From contig OX597814.1 of assembly GCA_951406725.2 (NCBI GenBank), forward strand, positions 93,186,001 to 93,250,000: a stretch of DNA of 64,000 nucleotides, read 5' to 3'. The notes under the pieces were generated by a model that worked only from the letters and a program-made list of their open reading frames with translations, ran no database searches and was not told the DNA's origin. Both the position numbers and the translations under genes were made by a program. Positions 1 through 12,612 of the stretch are shown here, one piece after another. Each line of letters starts with the position of its first letter. Position 1 is the stretch's first letter. Source of the stretch: Octopus vulgaris. Taxonomy: Eukaryota.

Positions 1-530
1 GGAGAGGAAATTATATTATGAGTGATGCTTTTGGATTTGGAAACGAAGAAATGCCGTAATAATTCATTACTTGGCAACTGTCCAGCTACAATGGACTTTT
101 CATATCGCAAAAAGAAGCAAGTATTGACAAGCTATGATGCTAAAATTTACCAACTTCGACATATTTATTTCAAGCAATGTAACAAGAAAGAAACTGTGAC
201 ATTATGTAATACTTTTCGTGTCCTTTTTTTTTCACCACGCTTTTTTCCAAGCAGAACATTACATCGATATTAGGGTTTAATTCGTGTGACGCCGCTTCTC
301 GCTTGCAATATCTTCATATTCGCGAAGGAAAAAAAAATCCCACAAAACCTGAAAATTCTGAGTGAATTTAATTGTTGCTATTGCTAAGATTCAAAGAGCC
401 AGCAACGCGAAAGTACCATTATTAGTCCGTCCCACCCACCGAATAAAAGGCTATCGAGAAGGAAATAAATACTAAAGATAACTTAGATATTTTACTTTCA
501 TGATTCGCAGCATGTATCCAATTAGTGATT

Positions 531-546
531 CCCCCCCTCTCTCTCT

Positions 547-608
<62 letters not shown>
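531..608. repeat. Compound (CT)(CA)(TA)n microsatellite
   Basis: Directly visible; similar TA/CA tracts occur at 819-842, 12095-12120, 19355-19411, 37625-37708 and 51443-51505. Confidence 0.95.
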
Positions 609-612
<4 letters not shown>

Positions 613-1789
613 ATTAGATTTCTTTATTAAATAATTGCAAGGTTTTGCGCTTGTGCGTGTGTGCGAGCGTATAAAAAAAATACGATTGAATGTTTCAATC
701 GTATTTTGAAAGCCAATAATTGTTTTTCTCTATTTCATGAGAATGCATATTGCGTAGCGGCTAAGTGGAATATTTTTTTTTCGTTTTAAATACAAAACAA
801 ACGCGTTCTCTTCCAGTGTATATATATATATATATATACACAAACACTAGTACAGTTAATTATGTGGTAATTTTCTGTAAATTTAATTAACCGCGCTAGA
901 CAGTTAATATTTATACTACAATTTTAATATTCCGAAGTGAATATAAAATGCCCCTTTCTCTCTCTTTCTTTCCCTCTTATCTCAGTAGTTACGTTATCTA
1001 TAATCGATTCCAATCCGGTAATTGTTATTAGTATTTACACAATTCTATTGCTAATATTTAATTGTATAAACCGCACTCCATGCTAAGTTACTTCCACGAA
1101 CCGAATTGCCGGCATGGAATAAAGGTATTCCTTAAACCATTTTTAACTTGTAAATTCTGATGCGTCATACCCATTATCTATATTGTTAGAAACTATATAA
1201 TTATTCAAGATGCGTTGTCGAGTTGTGTTTGATTACTAGGTAGACAAACACCAGTCTACCTAATTTTATATCTAATTCCGTATTTCGTTTTTTTCAGAGT
1301 TCATTTCGTGATGTGTGGAAATATGTATTGTGATACAAAAAAAAAAGTCTATTGCATCGTAATCATTACAAATTATCCCTTAAATTATTATTTTACTTCT
1401 AAAGTTGTATTCGTATTTAATTTTAACATTTATTGAAAGGTAGTGTTATAATAATGCATTTGCTAGATTCGAGTTTAGCCGGTTTCTATTCGTAATGTTA
1501 TCTACGTTTGTATTACCTATCCCTCCTTGGGAACTTCATAAATACGTAATTAGCTTATATATTACTTCAGATATTTCAAACATGACTTTTATGTCATGAA
1601 GAAGAAAAGATTAACGTTTCAGATATTTACCTATTCAAGGCAGATTGAAAGATCCTTATTTATCCCTTAGGCCGCGCATAATTTTGCTACCTTGGACCTT
1701 TAAATTTTCTCTATCCGAAGAACACGCATCCGAACGTGAAACTTCTCGCGGCATGAAATATATTCCACTATTTGCACTATAATACAGAT

Positions 1790-2958
1790 AGGCATAACTA
1801 CAGAGTCCTGCCCCCTCCCGACTTTGGATGATCATAACTTTAAGAAAAATGGATATTTTTTAATGAAATTTTCTACGAATATGTGTTATATCCCGTAAAT
1901 TCCGAATATACAAAACTTATGGGGTAAAATGTTTTAGGAGGGGGTGGGGGATTTCGGAAAATTCACCGGCGTCCATTTCAATTCGTCTTAACTTTCAAGA
2001 AAATAGATATTTTTTAATGAAATTTTCTACAAATATACTTCGGACTGTGTAGATTCCGAGAACTTAGGAATTTGGGGTGTTACTTTTGAGGACCGTTCCC
2101 CACTTGGGGTTGTTTCGGAACAAGTCGTCCATATTTGTCTCATTTTCTCCGTTTTGTGCGTTTGTGCATCCGTAGATTTCTAATCTCCTCCCCCCTCTCT
2201 CTCTCACACACACACACACATGTAATTAAAAAAAGTTCAAATGGGGAATTCTATTTAACCCGTTCGTGACCAAACTGGCTCTGAGTCTGAGTACAAATGT
2301 CTCGTTATCATAAGTTTTGAATTAAAATTTTCCACCAAATCTTCGTCACAATTCATGTTCCTAACACTAGCTTAATGATAACTAAGTTAATTTACTAAGT
2401 TATATGTAAAGTAATTGAAAGAAATACTGAGCATCCTTATAAATACAGTGAGGAAAGGGTTAATGTCTTTCTGTTTAGAAACGTTCAGACCTTTAGGTAG
2501 TATTTTTAGCATGAGTTTTCTGGTGACAGCTTCATTGCCTGCTGCTTCAGTAGAAATCTACGGATGCACAAAACGGAGAAAAGGAAATAAATATGGACGA
2601 CTTGTTCCGAAATACCCCCGAGTGGGGAACGGTCCTCACAAGTAACCCCCAATTGTTTTCCCCCCAAATTTCTGATCTCGGAATCTGCATAGTCCGAAGT
2701 ATATTTGTAGAAAATTTCATTAAAAAATATATATTTTCTTGAAAGTTAAGACGAATTGAAGTGGACGCCGGTGAATTTTCACGAAATTCTCCACCTCACC
2801 CCCTCCTAAAACATTACCCCCCCCAAAGTTTTGTGTATTCGGAATCTGCATGATATAACACATTCGTAGAAAATCTCATTAAAAAAAATATCCATTTTTC
2901 TGAAAGTTATGATCATCCAAAGTCGGCGGTGGGGGTGGGCAGGAATCTAGTTATGCCT
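1790..2958. mobile_element. Non-autonomous foldback-type DNA element with ~390-400 bp terminal inverted repeats
   Basis: 1790-2182 is the reverse complement of ~2551-2958 (aggcataacta...gatttcta / tagaaatc...tagttatgcct). Flanked by agat/agat, or by TA/TA if the ends are GGC..GCC. Confidence 0.85.
2255..2463. mobile_element. TTAA-flanked piggyBac-type MITE (family F) nested in the foldback spacer
   Basis: ttaa-ccc...aaaggg-ttaa; reverse-complement homolog at 31074-31296; related copies at ~27750-28000 and ~48112-48330. Confidence 0.75.
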
Positions 2959-3555
2959 AGATATAATGGTTTCTCAGATATTTATGAAGCCCCTACCTCG
3001 TAAATATAAGTGAAATAAGTTACGAACAGAAACTGAGGCTGACAGGATTAGTATCTTATAACAGATGCACTTTACCATTGCTTTTCGAGAAATACATTGA
3101 ATTATTTATTTATATTACATTTTGCCGACGCAATATATAGTTATATCGGTTTCGATTTTCTTCTAAGGGTGGAGCCATTTCTTTTCTGATGATCACATCA
3201 TCAGCTGAATGATTTTTTTTTCCCCCGGTTTTTAACTTTTCGCTTCCGTTTGTGTTAGCGTTTTCTTAAATATTAAGACGAGAATCTATCTACCCTTTAT
3301 GAATGCGTCTTTTAAGAAGTTCTTAAAAGCAGCTTACCAAGAATTTTAGGGAAGCAGGAGAGGTCTGAAGGCGCAGTGTGCATGCGTGCGCGCGTTACCG
3401 TTTAAAACCTCAAACTATTTTAGTGAGTGTCGTAATCGGTTATGGTTGACGTATTAGTAGTTATGCCTTATGCGGCTTTGGTTTAGATCTGTGATTTCAG
3501 TCTTCAAATTCAATCTATTAAAGTTCTTAAGCTCGTTTTTTTCGTTAGTGGTCTC

Positions 3556-3795
3556 TTAACCCTTTGCCTAGCCAAAGCATTTTCATAAGTTTGTTCTAAA
3601 CGGCCATGCTGGTTTTCAGACTTGAGTTATCGCTCTGTTTCGTATGTTCTAAATAATATAAAGCCTTCCATTCGTAACTCTCAAGTTACTCTGGTGATTA
3701 AAAAAACTGGGATTGCGTGTTGTGTATGATGCATGGATGCCAAGGAAACGTGTCCTGCATATCACATGTGATACACGGGACAGGGAAAGGGTTAA
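3556..3795. mobile_element. TTAA-flanked piggyBac-type MITE
   Basis: ttaa-ccctttgcct ... agggaaaggg-ttaa. Confidence 0.6.
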
Positions 3796-4409
3796 GAATC
3801 GATACATACAAATGGACATTTGTACGAGTACTTTAATATTCAGTCCTTTCATCTTTAAATAAGTAAATGTATTTCTATATAGACCATCTCCGAGTGATAT
3901 GCCTTTATTCTTTTCAGTCACTGAACAGTAGCCATAATGCGGTGCCGATCGAACTCACTCACCATCGATCTTATTTATCGATCCCGAGTAACGAGACAGT
4001 TGTAACAAATACGGTGATAAAGTGTAGAAAAGCTTTGAAAGAAAGAATTAAAAAAAAAACAAACAAAAAAACCCCCCCAAAACTCACCAAGCTCGTGTTG
4101 TTCAATTACATGTGGTTGAATTTATGCATTGAAAAATGTCAGAAAAGTGTTAACAACGAAAGTAGTCAATAATGACAGTATTATGTCCCTTTGTATATTT
4201 CTAAGTCTGTCAGTTGAAGTAAATTAAAAAGAATCACTACGCGTGAAATCTTAAGATCAGCCTTTATTTTTTATAAATCTCGGGTTTCACTTCATTCTTG
4301 GCATACTGATTCGGCCTCCCAGTTTTTAATGTATTATTTGATAGCATTCCTAAATTTTAGGAATGTCATAATTTTTATCTCTCTATACATAAAAATTCCT
4401 GTTACCTAA

Positions 4410-4950
4410 TACGAGGGTGGGCTGAAACTTTCATAGGCTGACTATGAAAAAATAATGCTTGAGCTGTGAAATCTTGCACACATTCATTTCAACTCTTAAC
4501 TGCATTGTTTCTTTCCAGGTAAACTGATATCTGACTGTCCAAAGAAGACTTCAGAAGTAACTAGTAGTGACTTTAGACCATTGACAAAATTTGGCATTGC
4601 GGTGTTACCAAATACCCGCAGAAAAAGGGTTTAGCTCCCAACTACATTCATGCTGACATGGTTGCTACATTAGGGGATGACACTCCAGCTTTATCAACAG
4701 TGCAAAAGTGGGCAGCTAAATTGAGGAGGGAAAGGGAGTTCTTGAAGAGGACTCAAGACCTGGACGGTTTGCCACTGCTGAGGAAAACATTGATCAGGTT
4801 CACCGCGTGGTAATGAATGACAGGTGGTTGACTACAAATCAAATATTTAATACTATTTGCATATCCCATGAGTCGAGAATATTCTACATAATGAATTTGG
4901 CATGATGATGGTTTCTGCTCAGTGGGTGCCACATCTTCTGACAACTGATC
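4410..4950 (+). mobile_element. mariner transposon 5' fragment (decayed transposase)
   Basis: tacgaggg terminus; frameshifted peptide IHADMVATLGDDTPALSTVQKWAAKLRR...ILHNEFGMMMVSAQWVPHLLT, matching the mariner HTH region and WVPHEL-like motif. Confidence 0.8.
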
Positions 4951-5161
4951 AATTTATATAGATGTTCATCTCAACTGTTTTCTGGAGTGCTAGACTGAAT
5001 ATTGTTTCTGTCCACTAAAAGTGTAGAAACATCTTTACACCAATTGAGAACCTCAGTTTGAGTAGATTAACATGAAAATATTTTGCAGATAGCTAATTTC
5101 TGTGGGAGGAGTTTACATATCTAAGCATATAAATGCTAAGAGGAACCTTGAGTATCCAACT

Positions 5162-6298
5162 ATCATTGCGAGAAGGTAGTTGGAAGAGTTAGTGGTAGGT
5201 GCGCTGAAAGTGTAGCTGCTAGAATAAGAATAGCCTGGGCAAAGTTCAGAGAGCTCTTACCTCTGCTGGTGACAAAGGGCCTCTCGCTCGGAGTAAAAGG
5301 TAGACTGTATGATGCATGTATATGAACAGTCATGCTACATGGCAGTGAAACATGGGCCGTGACTGCTGAGGACATGTGTAAGCTCACAAGGAATGAAGCC
5401 AGTATGCTCTGCTGGATGTGTAATATCAGTGTGCATACTCGACAGTGTAAGTACCTTGAGAGAAAAGTTAGACCTAAGAAGCATCAGATGTGGTGTGCAA
5501 GAGAGACGACTGTGCTGGTATGGTCATGTGGCGAGAATGGATGTGGATAGCTGTGTGAAAAAGTGCCACACCTTAGCGGTTGAGGGAACTTGTGGATGAG
5601 GTAGACCCAGGAAGACCTGGGATGAGGTGGTGAAGCACAACCTTCGAACACTAGGCCTCACTGAGGCAATGACTAGTGACCGAGACCTTTGGAAATATGC
5701 TGTGCGTGAGAGGACCTGGCAAGCCAAATGGGACCATAATCCATGGCCTATGCCAGGGGTGTAATCAGCCCACTTATGCGTACCTTTCCTTCATTACACA
5801 CTAAACTCTGCTTGCGAAGACCTGTTAAAGCAAGTGAAATCAAATTCGATGACTGGCATCTGTGCTAGTGGAGTGCTAAGAGCATCATCCGAGCATGATT
5901 GTTGCCAGAGCAGCTGACTGGCTTCTGTGCCGGCGGCATGTAAAAAGCACCATTCAAGCGTGATCATTACCAGCGTCACCTCACTGGCACATGTGCCGGT
6001 GACACATGGAAAAACATTCGAGCGAGATCGCCAGTGCCGCTGGACTGGCTCCTGTGCAGGTGGCTTGTAAAAACACCATTTGAGCGTGTTATTTGCCAGT
6101 GTCACCTGACTGGCCCTCGTGCCGGTGGCACGTAAAAGCACCCACTACACTCTTGGAGTGATTGGCATTAGGAAGGGCATCCAGCTGTAGAAACACTGCC
6201 AGATCAGATTGGAGCCTGGTGCAGCCATCTGGTTTGCCAGTCCTCAGTCAAATCGTCCAACCCATGCTAGCATAGAAAGCGGATGTTATATGATTGTT
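5162..6298 (+). mobile_element. RTE-type LINE 3' fragment (5'-truncated)
   Basis: MLHGSETW...RRLCWYGHVARMD...GRPRKTW motifs, a 3' UTR with ~60-bp subrepeats and a gat-type tail; a second decayed copy lies at ~6520-6878. Confidence 0.88.
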
Positions 6299-7269
6299 AT
6301 GCTCAATTGGACTCAACATAGAAAAATTTTCACCTAAGAACATGTGTTGCATTTGTCACACGGTTTTTTCTTTTTTGTCTTTTAAACAAATGGAAGGAAT
6401 CGCTTCAGGATGATACAAAAATTTATGTAAATTTATGAATGAATCCAGACGTTATCAAGGTGTATCTGGTAAGAGTTTATTTTCTGCATTTGTGTATGAT
6501 GTGTAAGGATGAGGACAGCTATGTAAAGAAGTGCTGATCTTGGAAGATATGGGATGAGGTGGCGAAGCATGATCTTCAAATGTTAGGCCTAACAGAGGCA
6601 ATGACCAAGACCTTTAGTGATATGCTGTTCTTGAGAAGACTCGTCAAACCAAGTGAATTGTTGTTGTGGCTGATGCTGTTGTTACATAACTGGCATCCAT
6701 GCCAGTGACATGTAAAAATGCACCCATTATACTCTTGGAGTGGTTGATATTAAGGCGGGCATCCAGCTGCAGAAATCGTGCCAAATTGGACTGGAACCTG
6801 GTGCAGCTCTCTGGCTTACCAATTCCAGTTAAACCATCTAACCCATGGAAAGTGGATGCTAAATGCTGGTGATGATGGTTTATCAGAAGTCATAAGTGAT
6901 AATTCAGTACTAACAAAGAATCTTATTTTTTATTTTAATCTCTATTTATGTGACTGAGTGATGAAGGCATATAACCTAGTTCCTTTATTTAGATTGGGCA
7001 GTTGTTTTTTGTTTTTTTTGTGGGCGAAGTACTTCATATTGCTTCAGTTCAATTAGCTGTAAATGAGTAACCTTGTGACAGACTAGCATCTCATCCATGG
7101 GTGGATGCTGTGATCTTGGTCACTTGACTAGCTTTCAGATTTCTGTCAAATGTGATGCTTATTTATTCACATTGATTTGAATAAGTCATGCATTTACCTT
7201 GTACTTTAAAATTTCAGTGATATTCTTTTACTCTTTTACTTGTTTGTCATATGGCTGTGGCCATGCTGG

Positions 7270-9420
7270 AGCACCACCTTTTTTTTTTTAGTGAATTGCT
7301 GTAGAAGAGGTACAAGGTTATCCGGCTGGAGAGAAAGAGATCAAGAACAGAAACGGGTGCGCTGCTGCAAAGGAAATACAGGGTTACCCTTGGCAATGAT
7401 ACAGAGGAACAGGGCCTGAGGACAGGATTGGGGATTCATAGCAAATGGAGGCAATGTAGATTGGTTTGTTGGTGTTGGGTGTGTGAAAAGTTTTGTTATG
7501 AGTGAAACACACAGGTCAGGGGCTAGCAGATAGCAATGATACAGAGAGACAGGGCCAAGAGGGTAGGATTGGGGAGAGGGAGGTAAGCATAGTGCATGAA
7601 GTGGAAATGCGAGGAAGAGATGTAGCTTGGTTTGTTGTGTTGGTGTGTGAGAAGTTTTAAGTATGGGTGGGACACCCAGTGCTTCTGGAGCTCAGTGTCA
7701 CTGAAGTGGGCTGGTTTTCTCAAGAACCTCATATTGCCAGACATCTTGGTTCATTGTCATTTCCTCTGTGAAGCCCATGTTGAGATTGGTCCTTATTCAT
7801 CTCACATCTTCCTGGGTCTCCGTCTTTTGCGGCTACCATCCACTTTCAGTGATGGGCACTTTCTGCAGCTGTCCTTATTCAAATGCATCACATGTCCAAA
7901 CCAACGTTTTTTCTCTTGCATGCTACATTCGATTTCTCTTTGCTCTCAATACATTTGCACTTTGTCGTACATGTGCACTGTTGTTACACACCCAACTGAG
8001 CATACTACCTTCATTTCTCTTCAGTCTTCTACATTCAGAGCCAATGTCTCACTACCATTGAGTATAGTTGTTTGCACATAAGCATCATACAGTCTAGCTT
8101 TTACTCTGAGAGAGTCCTTTCATTGCCAACATAGGTAGTAGCTCTCTGAACTTCCTCTACTCAATTCTTATTCTAGAAGCAATACTTACAGAGCATTCTC
8201 CACCATTGCTAATTTGGTCACCTGGGTAACAGAAACTATCTAAAACCTCGAGAGTTTCCTGGGCATTTGAGAGAATCTTAAGTCCCACATGCTCTTTGTG
8301 CTTATTGTTCCTGCGCATCTGCCACATACAAAGACAACTTTATCTGTTAATCTACCTGTGATTCCACTGCACCTCTTAGGTGTCCATAGTTTACACCGGG
8401 TGTGGCAAAGGGAATTTCTTCCAACTCCTTTCCTACATATTGAGCAGGGCCATTTACTTGATGGAAAGAGTTTCACCTTCTTTCTTACTAACAACTTTGG
8501 TCTTTGCTAGGTTAACTTTAAGGCCCTTTATTCCAGGTTTTGTTTCCATACTTGGAATTTCTTCAATTCTGCTAAAGATACTGCAATAAGAGCAAGGTAA
8601 ATCAGCATATAGCAGTTCCCATGGGCACCTAGCTTTGAATTCCTCTGTTATGGCCTGGAGGACTATAATTAATAAGAGTGGACTGAGAACTGAGCTCTGA
8701 TGAATCCCTACCTGTATGCTAAATTCATCACTGTATTCATGGCCAGCTCTCACCTTACTGACAGCATCACTGTACATGGCTTGTACAGCTCTAACAAGCC
8801 ACTACTCTACTCCTAACTTCCTTAGAGACCACCATATAACAGAGTGGGGAACTCAGTTGAAAGTTTTCTCCAGGTCGATGAAGGCTATGTACAATGGCTT
8901 ACTTTTGGCTAAGTACTTTTCCCGCAACTGTCTCGCTAGGAAGATGGCACCTGTTGAACTCTTCCCAGGTACAAAACCAAACTGCATCTCATCTAGTTTA
9001 GCTCTCTTTCTAATCAATTGAGCTATAACCCTCTCAGTAACTTTCATGACTTGGCCTAGCAACTTTATGCCTCTGTAGTTGTTTCTAAGGCATCACCTTT
9101 ACTCTTGTGGCAGTTAGCTATAATACTACTACACCAGTCATTGGGGATAGTGCCTTCCTGAATAACCTGATTAACTATATGGGTGACTAAGCTGTATCCT
9201 ACATCACTGGAGATTTTAATCATCTTGACACTGATTCCTGGTGGCCCAGTGGCTTCCTCTGTCTTCATGTCCATAATTGCCTTACCTATTATGCTGCTGT
9301 CAACTCTGATAGCTCAATTGGTTTGATATTTGGTAGACACTCCTTCTCTCGTTCATTTTCCACATTTAGTAACCTTTCATAGTGACACTTATATGCATCT
9401 TCTCTGAGTCACTAAGTGCA
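7270..9420 (-). mobile_element. Decayed RTE-type LINE with RT domain and PHD-like finger
   Basis: Minus-strand fragments IPNDW, QFGFVPGKSSTGAIF, AFIDLEK, VGIHQSSVLSPLL, LLYADL, GLKVNLAKTKV, CSIC..C..W..KRC..CGRC; many frameshifts. Confidence 0.9.
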
Positions 9421-9430
9421 TGCATATTTA

Positions 9431-10664
9431 CCATATATACTTGAGTAAAAGTCAACACCCTATTTTTGGCAAAACAATTGGGAATTTTCTACTGACCCTA
9501 TTATTCACGAACAACAGGACAACAATTGTGAGTCAAGGTGCTGTATTTTACTATATGTAGAAATAACACAAAATTGTGTGTCTACCTTACTATAGCCTGC
9601 TTTATAGGTGGAATGCTTGGTGCTTATAGTAAAACACCATCTAATAGCGAGCACTACACATCTGTTGATGGGTGCTACATCACCATTACTAAAATGTGTG
9701 TACAGCATATACTGCAAGCCTGCATATATCTTCAAGCGAAGGCGGCGAGCTGGCAGAAAGATTAGCACGCCGGATGAAATGCGTAGCCGTATTTCGTCTG
9801 CCATTACATTCTGGGTTCAAATTCCGCTGAGGTCAACTTTGCCTTTCATCCTGTTGAGGTCGATAAATTAAGTACCAGTTACGCACTGGGGTCGATGTAA
9901 TCGACTTAATTTGTTTGTCTGTCCTTGTTTGTCCCCTCTATGTTTAGCCCCTTGTGGGTAATAAAGAAACATATATCTTCAAGCACAGTAAACACATGCG
10001 TCATACACTCGTTTAGATGGTGAGAAACTTGTTTTACTAACATCACTGTTGCTGAACACTGGCAAACACCACTGTCTGAATTCATACTGAGGCATGACTT
10101 CGGTAAGCCTAAAAAACATTTAGTTAATTGCTAGATCAGTGGTTCCCAAACTTTTTTGGCTGTGGAATCCTTTGACATTATTTTTTAAAATGTGGAACAC
10201 TTCATAACTTTTAGGGAACCCGAGGTTTTGCAGAACATAAAAATACTGTAATGTTATTGAAAAGTTATGATGTGAAACATGCTGAGTAGATATTAGCTGC
10301 ATGCACCACATTACTGTAGATAGTGGCATGTTGGTAAACAATTATGAGATATAAACTCAGCTAGTCTGTTAAGTTTGATGGATAAGAAAAAGTGTAAATA
10401 TTTATAAGAGCTGCGTGGTCTTGTTTATGTGTTTTGTAATTTACTAGGACGTGTGTTTCAATGCATAGAATTAGTAATATTACTGTAATTGTTTTTTTTT
10501 TTTATTCGCTTAGAGATCAGTTGGGTTTCTGCTGCCAATATGATACTTAGGATTCTAGCTTGGATTTCAGCCTCTCAAAAGTAGTATCCATGCAATAGTC
10601 GACCCCGTAAATTTGTCCTTAGAAAATGGTCTAAAATATTTGACTTTTGCACATGTATATACAG
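9431..10664. mobile_element. pogo/Tc2-like non-autonomous element with nested insertions
   Basis: 25-bp imperfect TIRs (ccatatatacttgagtaaaagtcaa / ttgacttttgcacatgtatatacag), TA on both sides. Confidence 0.6.
9738..9969 (+). mobile_element. tRNA-derived SINE family A, full length
   Basis: Head ggcggcgagctggcagaa, B-box gttcaaattc, 15-bp TSD catatatcttcaagc (9723-9737 and 9970-9984). Other copies at ~11588-11810, 28256-28461(-), 40471-40600 and 62040-62245. Confidence 0.9.
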
Positions 10665-10677
10665 TATGTATATGTGA

Positions 10678-10962
10678 AGGCACATGGCTCAGTGGTTAGA
10701 GCATTGGGCTTACAATCATGAGGTAGTGTGTTTGGTTCCTGGATCAGACCGTGTTCTTGAGCAAGACACTTTATTTCACATTGCTCCAGTTCACTCAACT
10801 ATAGAAATGAGTTGTGATGTCACTGGTGACAAGCTGTACTGGCCTTTTACCTTTCCTTTGTATAATACTGGCTTGGTATGCATGGGCAACTGGTGGTCTT
10901 CCATAAACAACCTTGCCCACACTTGTGCAATCCCATGGTCATTCATGACCTAAGGGGCCTTT
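10678..10962 (+). mobile_element. tRNA-derived SINE family D
   Basis: A-box tggctcagtgg; collinear with 57379-57707; variants at ~16795-17080, 30841-31073, 33351-33497 and 35045-35232. Confidence 0.85.
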
Positions 10963-12405
10963 ATAAAAAAAATATATATATAAAATGTTTTCTGATCTCT
11001 TGATGTGCTTTTGGAGCAAGCATTGTAAATGTTGATATGGTTCTTTTTGACTCACATACTTGTGAAATATATTCAAGTATTCTTGTTTCATTTTTCTGGG
11101 CAAATAGTCAGCATAAAAGTAGTATGTTTATTTATAGATCGATTAGTTCATTATGGCCTCGAAAAAGAACTGGATTCTGTTTTTATTGCAATTTTAGACA
11201 TGGCATTAAAAAAGAGGGAAGTTCACTGGGGGAAACCTGCATTCTATAAGTAGCTTCGGGAGACTGAGTTTGGTTGAGTATTTCAAATTTAGTGAAGAGC
11301 TGCAAGCTTCAACATCCTAAGATCAGCTTCTACCATTTCTACCTGTGTCTTCTTTAATCTCCTAAAATTTCTTTCTATTTGCAATGCATATAAGTAACAG
11401 ATTAACGAAGATGTGTGTGTGTGTGTGTGTGTACCAATGCAATCTTTGTACTTGCACACTATATCCAATTTCCACTATTGTCCACAATTGTCTCAGCTCA
11501 TCTGTACCATACCATTCATGCTAACATTAACCCATCTGCCAGATGGGTAGATGTTCTTATTCTACTGTTGTTACTATTATTGTCTTAGGTGGTGAGTTGA
11601 CAAATGTTACCATACCAGGTGAATCGCTTCGTCGCATTTCTTCCAGCTGTAAAAAGCTCTGTTCAACAACTGGAGCTCAAATGCTGCCGAGGTCAGCTTT
11701 GCCTCATTCTTTCAGGGTTTATAAAATAAATACCGATTGAGCACTGGGAAGTCAATATAATCAACTTCCTCATGCCCTCAAAATTGCTGGCCTTTTGCCA
11801 AATTAGAAAGAGTTCTAGAGTGCAATTTGATTAAACTTGCGAAAATTGTTTACAACTTTGAGCTGAATAAATTATGTAGAGAAATAGTTGCCAAGAATCA
11901 AATTTAGTTCAGTGTTTTAGGGACAAAGATAAGCATAAGCACTTTGTGAAAGCTGGTTAACCTTTTAACATATAAGTATACTGTAAGGTTATCTGCACTG
12001 ACAGTAGATCTAGATGTTAATAAACTGGTGTCCTGAAGGAGATTTATGTACTTGAAACTTGTAGGCTTGCTGTAGAATAAAACAAATTTTTCATCATATA
12101 TATATATATATATATATGTATGGCAGGCTTTTTACAGTTTCCATGTACCAAATCCATTCACTAGGTTTTGGTTTGGTTGGCTTGGGACTATAGTAGATAC
12201 TTACCCACTGTGCTATGTTGTGGGACTGAATCTCAGACCACATAGTTAGGAAGCAAGCTTCTTAGCTGCCCAGCCATGTCTGTGTCTATAGTCATAACTC
12301 AGCATGAAAATTGAGATTTCAGTGTACTGTAGAATATTCAAATTAAATGAATTTTGATATAAAATGATATTTGACGAATATACCTGGTTGGCAACACCAG
12401 GAGCA

Positions 12406-12612
12406 TTAACCCTTTGGCATTCAGATTACTCTGCCAAATGCAATGCCTATTTATTCACATTGTTTTGAATTGATCACACATTATCTTGTAGCTTTGAGAT
12501 TTTGATTATGTGATTGATTGTATATTTTTAGGATGAGGCTGCATCTGGCTGGTTTGAACATACAACTGGATATTTAGGCTTGATATGGCTGGTTTGAATG
12601 CTAAAATGTTAA
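12406..12612. mobile_element. TTAA-flanked piggyBac-type MITE (family E)
   Basis: ttaaccctttggcatt...aatgctaaaatgttaa; further copies at ~20685-20910, 31961-32170, 36646-36862, 38942-39130 and 46385-46580. Confidence 0.8.

Larger units (their letters stand above)
1..4300. promoter_or_regulatory. CpG-retaining region; candidate promoter and non-coding first exon(s) of FASN
   Basis: By-eye count ~27 CpG in 3001-3660 versus ~2 in 14041-14700. GC motif gcgcagtgtgcatgcgtgcgcgcg (3371-3394) is followed by a donor-like gtgagt at 3423. The ATG exon starts with a splice acceptor. Confidence 0.4.

Noticed and set aside
3760-3773. Palindromic E-box tatcacatgtgata as an SREBP/USF site for FASN
   Set aside because: It lies inside a TTAA-flanked MITE and the transcription start is unknown, so it cannot be supported from sequence alone.
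5850-6145. CRISPR-like repeat-spacer array
   Set aside because: Eukaryotic context; the units are diverged tandem subrepeats of a LINE 3' UTR with no unique spacers or cas genes.
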